Below, one piece after another: positions 58,704 to 64,000 of a stretch of 64,000 nt of DNA. The position numbers and the translations under genes were made by a program. Numbering within the stretch: position 1 is the first letter of the stretch; every line of letters starts with the position of its first letter. Source of the stretch: Schlesneria paludicola DSM 18645 (GTDB lineage Bacteria; Planctomycetota; Planctomycetia; Planctomycetales; Planctomycetaceae); assembly GCA_945869955.1 (NCBI GenBank), contig CAMBQP010000001.1:12745-76744 (forward strand). Reading direction: 5' to 3'. A model generated the notes under the pieces. That model was not told where the DNA came from. It did not search any database and worked only from the letters and a program-made list of their open reading frames with translations.

Positions 58704-61700
58704 ATGTGGATCTCGCAACTCGACTTGCTGGCGTTTGGTCGATTCACCGACGTACGACTGAATCTGGGTCCTGGTTTTCATCTGGTCTACGGCCCTAATG
58801 AAGCGGGGAAGAGCACCACCCTGCGCGCCATTCGACAGCTGCTCTACGGTTTTGATGATCGAACCGAGGACAACTTTTTGCATCCGAATCCTCAACTGCG
58901 GATTGGCGGGGTTGTCTGCAGCCCACCCGATCTCGAACTCAAGGTGATTCGCCGCAAGACGCGTAAAGATTCGCTGCGAGGGGAAGATGATCAAACGATG
59001 ATCGATTCGGAACGTTGGAATCAATTGCTGGCGGGGGTCGAAGAAAAAACCTTTTGTCAGCGATACGGGATTGATTATGAACAGTTAACTGAAGGGGGAC
59101 ACCAGATCGCGACCGGAAGTGGAGATCTGGGCGAAATTCTGTTCGCCACTGGTTCCGGGGTGACGGACCTCAATGCGGTCAAACGTCGGTTGATCGATGA
59201 GGCGGACGAAATCTTCAAGCCACAAGGAAAAAAACAGCGTCTTAACCTGGCGATCACCCGTTGGCAGGAACTCAAAGATCAGGTTCGTGATCAATTGCTC
59301 TCGGTGACCCAGTGGGACGAAGCGGATCGGCTGCGTCAGGAAACGTTCGAGCGATTGAAACAGGTTGCCGAGAGATTCACGAATTTGACCGCCGATCGTG
59401 ATCGACACCGGCGATGGCAACAGGCCTGGCCATTGGTACAAGAATCGGACCGACTGAAACAGGCGCTTGCCCCGCTGCATGCGGTCCGCCGGTTGCCACC
59501 GGATTTTGGAGTGAAGCGTCAGGAAGCCCTGCTGCTACTCGAACAAGCACGGACGTCCGAAAAACAAGCCTTGGTCGCAAAACAATTAGCCGAGGAGGCC
59601 ATGGCCAAACTTGGTCAACCCCTAGCTCTCCTCGCACAAGCCGATCAACTGTCACTGCTCATCACCGCGTGGGGCTCGTGTCAAAAAGGGACTGAAGATC
59701 GAGTTGGTCTGATGCTGCAGCGAAGTCGTCATACTCAGGCAATCGACGACCTGCGACAATCGCTCGGACGCAACGCAAGCGATTCAACGGATACAACTGA
59801 GACCGCCACAACCGAGACCGCCATGCAATCGGTTGCCATTGATCGTGCATACCGAACGCGACTGGGAATCCTGGGACGCCAGCAAACGGGATTCCTTAAA
59901 TCGCTTGAAGAAGCCGAATTTCATCGCGACCGAGTCGCTCAACAGTACGCCGAATGTCAACTTCGACTGGCACAAATTCCCCCCGGAAAGCCGCTCGACG
60001 AATTCCGCGATCGACTCCGTACCGTCCAAAACGATGGCGATCTTGAATCGCGTCTCACGGAAGTTCAGCGGGAATTATCGACCCTGCGTGACGACCAGCG
60101 CCGACAGGTTGACGCGCTCGGACTGCAGACTCTGACGATCGAAGCGGTGCTCAAATTGCAGGTGCCAGCGGCAACGGTACTCAAACGCATCGAAACCGAT
60201 TTCCAAACGAATCAAGCCGAGCAATCTTTGCTCAAGTCTCGACTCGTCGACTTTGAAGACTTGCACCGTCAACTGGAACAGAAAATCCAGCATCTGCGGC
60301 AGCAATTCCAGGTTCCCACCGAAGCCGATCTGGACCATGCCCGCACTCGACGAGACGAAATCTGGTCAGAAATTCTTGCCACATGGAAATCCAAATCGTT
60401 CCCCCCAGAAAAACAGATCGAGGCATTTGAAACCGCGCAGCGAGACTCGGATATCATTTCGGACCGATTACGGCATGAAGCAGACCGCGTAGCCCAACTC
60501 GCCGAAGAACTCGCAGATCTGGAAACTAACGAAACGCAACAGCATGAAGCGTCGCTACGTCTGGCGGAACTCGAAGCGGCCAGGATTGAATTGGATAAAC
60601 AGTGGCAAGCCCAATGGCCAGAACTGAAAGAGAATCGGCCGTCGCCAGGTGAAATTCAAACTTGGCTGTCGCGTCACGAAGCATTCCTGAAAAACGAAGA
60701 ATTGGTCAGTCGGCGCGAGCGGGAAGTCGTCACGATCACCAACCAGATCGCACAAAATCTTGCGACAGTTTCCCAATTATTGGGTAACGCCAAAGTGGAT
60801 GATCCCGCTCAAGAGAATGCGGCCACAGGTGTGGGCTTCTCGTTAAAAGAACAGATTCAACAGGCGACAGAACTGTTGATCCATACCGATGCGGTCGAGC
60901 GGACCCGTAAAGAGTTGCTCGAATCCTTGGCAAAACTCGACCGTGAAATCACGGAATCAACCGAACGTTTGGCCCGATCTCGCACCGAACTGCAGCTATG
61001 GACGACATCCTGGCAAGCGGCCATGACGGAATTGGGACTCCCCGGTGACGCAACTCCCGAGGCGGCGGCGACGTTTGTCGAGAACCTGAACGAATTGGCA
61101 GACCATCAGCGCCAGGCCGAGCAATTGCTTGAGCGAATTACCGGGATTGATGCCGACGGACAACGTTTCGAGACGCGATTCAAATCCTTCTGTGTCGAGG
61201 TCGCTCCGGATCTTGCAAATGACGATGTTGCCGACGGCGTGGTTGCGCTGCGAGATCGCTTGATCGCCAGTCAGCGTATCGAGTCCGCCCGAAATGAACA
61301 CCTGCTGAAAAAGAATCAGGCCGAGCAGCAACTACAGCAAGCCCGGGAATTAGGCCGACGGGGCGAGCAACTGGTTGTTGAACTTTGTGATGCAGCAGGA
61401 GTCACTGTCGGCGAATCTCCGTCGCAAATTACGGAATCCGGGGTGATGTTCAATGAAGCGGGGCAGGCACAAGCGGCCGCCCCAATCACCGTCATCGCCG
61501 AATCCGCAGCAAAACGAGAGGCACTGTTCGAGCAACTGAATGGGATCGAGCACCAATCCCAAATTCGGGATCGGTTCGAATCCACGCTCGAGCAAATTAA
61601 TGCCCGACTCAGTGAACTCGCCGCAGAAGAACCGAGAGATTTGTTCGACGAACAGGTTCGGCTGCATTCACTCGAAGATCTGGTGACACGGATTCAACAG

Positions 61701-62366
61701 CGAGAAACAGAAATCAAGCAACTGGCCGTCGAACGGGACCTGCTGAATATTCAGTTAGGCGAATTCAATTTGAAGTTGAGTCAAATGAGTGGTAGTTCGA
61801 CCGCCGCTGATGCCGAAGAGCAGCGACAGTTATGTTTGGCACAAATCCGCTCGGATGCCGAAGAATATCTGCGACTGAAGCTGGCCAGCGCCGTCTTGCA
61901 TACGTCGATTGAACGGTATCGGGAAAAAATTCGCGGACCCGTCTTATCGATCGCCAGCAACCTGTTTAAAGAACTCACCCTCGGCTCATTTGAAAGCCTG
62001 CGTGTCGACGAAGATGACAACCACAAACCCATCCTGGTCGGAGTTCGCCCGGGGAGCCGTGCGGCGGTCAGTGTCAAGGGAATGAGTGAAGGGACGTGTG
62101 ACCAACTGTACCTGGCACTGCGATTGGCCAGCCTGCAGTTAGAACAGGCCCCTGGCTGCGATATTCCCCTCATCATCGACGACATTCTGATCCAGTTTGA
62201 TGATCAGCGTGCCATTGCCGCCTTAAAATTGCTGGCAAAAATGGCCCAACAGCGTCAGGTCATCTTTTTCACTCACCATGAACATTTGCTCGATCTCGCC
62301 AGCGAGCATTTGCCGGGGGAACTCAGACACCACCGGCTCGAGATTTTGGCCGATTCTGCGGAGTAA
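58704..62366 (+). CDS. YhaN-like SMC/Rad50-type AAA ATPase (AAA_27) with a long coiled coil
   Basis: Walker A GPNEAGKST; C-terminal signature MSEGTCDQLYLALRLA; Walker B PLIIDDILIQFDD; FTHH; about 900-aa heptad region. Confidence 0.9.
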   Translation: MWISQLDLLAFGRFTDVRLNLGPGFHLVYGPNEAGKSTTLRAIRQLLYGFDDRTEDNFLHPNPQLRIGGVVCSPPDLELKVIRRKTRKDSLRGEDDQTMIDSERWNQLLAGVEEKTFCQRYGIDYEQLTEGGHQIATGSGDLGEILFATGSGVTDLNAVKRRLIDEADEIFKPQGKKQRLNLAITRWQELKDQVRDQLLSVTQWDEADRLRQETFERLKQVAERFTNLTADRDRHRRWQQAWPLVQESDRLKQALAPLHAVRRLPPDFGVKRQEALLLLEQARTSEKQALVAKQLAEEAMAKLGQPLALLAQADQLSLLITAWGSCQKGTEDRVGLMLQRSRHTQAIDDLRQSLGRNASDSTDTTETATTETAMQSVAIDRAYRTRLGILGRQQTGFLKSLEEAEFHRDRVAQQYAECQLRLAQIPPGKPLDEFRDRLRTVQNDGDLESRLTEVQRELSTLRDDQRRQVDALGLQTLTIEAVLKLQVPAATVLKRIETDFQTNQAEQSLLKSRLVDFEDLHRQLEQKIQHLRQQFQVPTEADLDHARTRRDEIWSEILATWKSKSFPPEKQIEAFETAQRDSDIISDRLRHEADRVAQLAEELADLETNETQQHEASLRLAELEAARIELDKQWQAQWPELKENRPSPGEIQTWLSRHEAFLKNEELVSRREREVVTITNQIAQNLATVSQLLGNAKVDDPAQENAATGVGFSLKEQIQQATELLIHTDAVERTRKELLESLAKLDREITESTERLARSRTELQLWTTSWQAAMTELGLPGDATPEAAATFVENLNELADHQRQAEQLLERITGIDADGQRFETRFKSFCVEVAPDLANDDVADGVVALRDRLIASQRIESARNEHLLKKNQAEQQLQQARELGRRGEQLVVELCDAAGVTVGESPSQITESGVMFNEAGQAQAAAPITVIAESAAKREALFEQLNGIEHQSQIRDRFESTLEQINARLSELAAEEPRDLFDEQVRLHSLEDLVTRIQQRETEIKQLAVERDLLNIQLGEFNLKLSQMSGSSTAADAEEQRQLCLAQIRSDAEEYLRLKLASAVLHTSIERYREKIRGPVLSIASNLFKELTLGSFESLRVDEDDNHKPILVGVRPGSRAAVSVKGMSEGTCDQLYLALRLASLQLEQAPGCDIPLIIDDILIQFDDQRAIAALKLLAKMAQQRQVIFFTHHEHLLDLASEHLPGELRHHRLEILADSAE

Positions 62367-62400
62367 TCGCTGGTAGGGGGCGTTCCCTGTTGGTAAAAGG

Positions 62401-63990
62401 TTAATGGGACAGCATCGATCGGAGTTCCACCAGGGCCGGTGTCAGATTCGCCGAAATCCGGCCCAGCGTCGCCCGATCCTCGGTCTGACATTTGACGAGA
62501 TACCCATAGAGACGACGCCATGTTTCATAAACGTCGTTCATTTGCAGCTTGAGTTCCGCGTCGGGTTTACTATTGGCAATATCGTCGTGGAGTTGCGCGG
62601 CCAGATCCGTGAGATCTGCCGCGTCTTTCAGGCAATTCGCTGCGAAGGGTTGACGATCCTGTTCGATCCATCTTTTCACCGAAATCTCAATTTGCTCGGT
62701 GAAATTCAGAATCGATGCGGCTAAGTCCTCGCCCCCCTGGCGATTAAAATCATCATGCTGCAGATGCAAGGTGGATCTGAGCGCTTTCACCGTTTGACTG
62801 ATTCGACTCAGGACCCCCATCGCTTTATCACTGTCGAGATCACGATAAACGTCGAGAAAAGCCCGTTCAGCCGATTCGATCTGGCGAAACGATTCCAGAA
62901 TTTCGGATTGTTCGTGTCTCTGGTTCACGACTTCAGTAAATTGGCTGCAGGCATAGTAAAACTGGTCGGCTGTGGCGATCGCCTGCTTGGCTTTCGGTAA
63001 CTGCATCACCAGAATCAACGGGGTTCGCTCGAAAAACTCATCGATATCTCTCTTCAGATCCGTAGCAGCCTGAATGATCCGCGACGAATCCACCTTTTTC
63101 GGCAACAACAGCAGTTGATGAATCTCGCTGGATGTGGCCGAAACTCGCCTCAATCCGCGCTCAATGTAGCGGTCCTCTTCTTCTCGCAGTTTCAACGCGA
63201 GTGGTGTCCAGAGGGTTTCAAACTGCTGATATTCCTCCACAATCACTTTGGCATCAGATCGATCATCCCGAATCACCGCAATCAAATTCAAGATCACCTG
63301 TCGAATTCGGCCTACGGCTCGCCGATAAACCTGAGCGGACTGGGCATTACTCAGTTCCGAGGCCATATCTTCTTGCAGATTTTCCAAATCGGCGACCAAA
63401 CCCGCTGATTTCAACAACAATTGCCTTCGATCGAGTTGCGGCTGGATCCCCAGTGCCTGGCGAATTCGTTGGTCCGCCGAGTTCATTTCTTTGATCAGAT
63501 CCAGAGATTCTTCTGGAACTCCTCGCAAATTCTCCAGGCGATAGGCCAATTCACGCCAATCCGCGTCGAGCTGTCGCAGCTGATCCTGTAACGGTCGATC
63601 CAACGCGTGTTTGTCTGCATATTTATGCAGACCCAAGGCAATCCCACTTAAGCGTAGCGCTTGCGAATAACTCTGTCGCAAACCCGGCACGGCGTTGACC
63701 TGCTCGCTGAGTGCGTAGGTGAGCTGCGTCATTCCATCTGAAAAGGTGCGAATAAGCGGCCTGAGGACCTTGATGTCCACGTCGGGTTGATTTTCAACCT
63801 GCCCATTCGCCGACTCACGAGCTGAATTAAACTCGGAACCAAACTCGGAATCAAACGAATTGCTGTAATCATCAATGAATCCACGGGTCCGATCCGAAGC
63901 GGAGCCTCCGCGCGAGGGCTGGCCATTCTGAGCGAACAGCATCGATCGAGTGGCGAGGGACGAAAAAATCAGTGCGAAAAATAAAGCCAT
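62401..63990 (-). CDS. Secreted all-alpha hypothetical protein with internal helical repeats (start may extend beyond the window)
   Basis: 529-aa ORF with a hydrophobic N-terminus; recurring ...W/A-x-x-L/F helices (DADWRELAYRL, ETLWTPLALKL, ESAERAFLDVY, YETWRRLYGYL). Confidence 0.7.
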   Translation of the reverse strand: MALFFALIFSSLATRSMLFAQNGQPSRGGSASDRTRGFIDDYSNSFDSEFGSEFNSARESANGQVENQPDVDIKVLRPLIRTFSDGMTQLTYALSEQVNAVPGLRQSYSQALRLSGIALGLHKYADKHALDRPLQDQLRQLDADWRELAYRLENLRGVPEESLDLIKEMNSADQRIRQALGIQPQLDRRQLLLKSAGLVADLENLQEDMASELSNAQSAQVYRRAVGRIRQVILNLIAVIRDDRSDAKVIVEEYQQFETLWTPLALKLREEEDRYIERGLRRVSATSSEIHQLLLLPKKVDSSRIIQAATDLKRDIDEFFERTPLILVMQLPKAKQAIATADQFYYACSQFTEVVNQRHEQSEILESFRQIESAERAFLDVYRDLDSDKAMGVLSRISQTVKALRSTLHLQHDDFNRQGGEDLAASILNFTEQIEISVKRWIEQDRQPFAANCLKDAADLTDLAAQLHDDIANSKPDAELKLQMNDVYETWRRLYGYLVKCQTEDRATLGRISANLTPALVELRSMLSH

Positions 63991-64000
63991 CGCGGGGACG

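Overview
This is a 64-kb piece of a bacterial chromosome, most likely from a planctomycete. That is inferred from two DUF1501 genes, a PPC-domain protein next to one of them, a PQQ-like propeller protein and several Tat-signal proteins. Most of the window is housekeeping or envelope genes: a FabF-like ketoacyl synthase, an M28 peptidase, lhgO, ald, hisD, an LptF/G permease, a LolD-like ATPase, thioredoxin-fold proteins, an Fe-ADH, a glutaminyl cyclase, a HAL2-type phosphatase and a YhaN-like ATPase. It also holds a complete sigma-54 RNA-repair locus (rtcR divergent from rtcB-rtcA). The most unusual part is an accessory island at about 27.1-37.9 kb. It is punctuated by three direct copies of a 290-390 bp non-coding repeat, each built around a 119-120 bp imperfect hairpin (TTTTAAC...GTTAAAT) with an invariant 36-nt left arm. 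The copies delimit (i) a five-gene surface-glycan module and (ii) an antitoxin-like/HNH gene pair whose HNH gene is cut exactly at a repeat edge. Beyond copy 3 lie an AT-rich gene split by a single in-frame TAG and an Rpn (PD-(D/E)XK) remnant that keeps an internal SD+ATG. This looks like a repeat-delimited cassette array with attC-like geometry, but no integrase is present in the window. Several intergenic regions also carry 14-19 bp tandem duplications. No rRNA, tRNA or CRISPR array was recognised. All family assignments come from motif recognition by eye, not from database searches.
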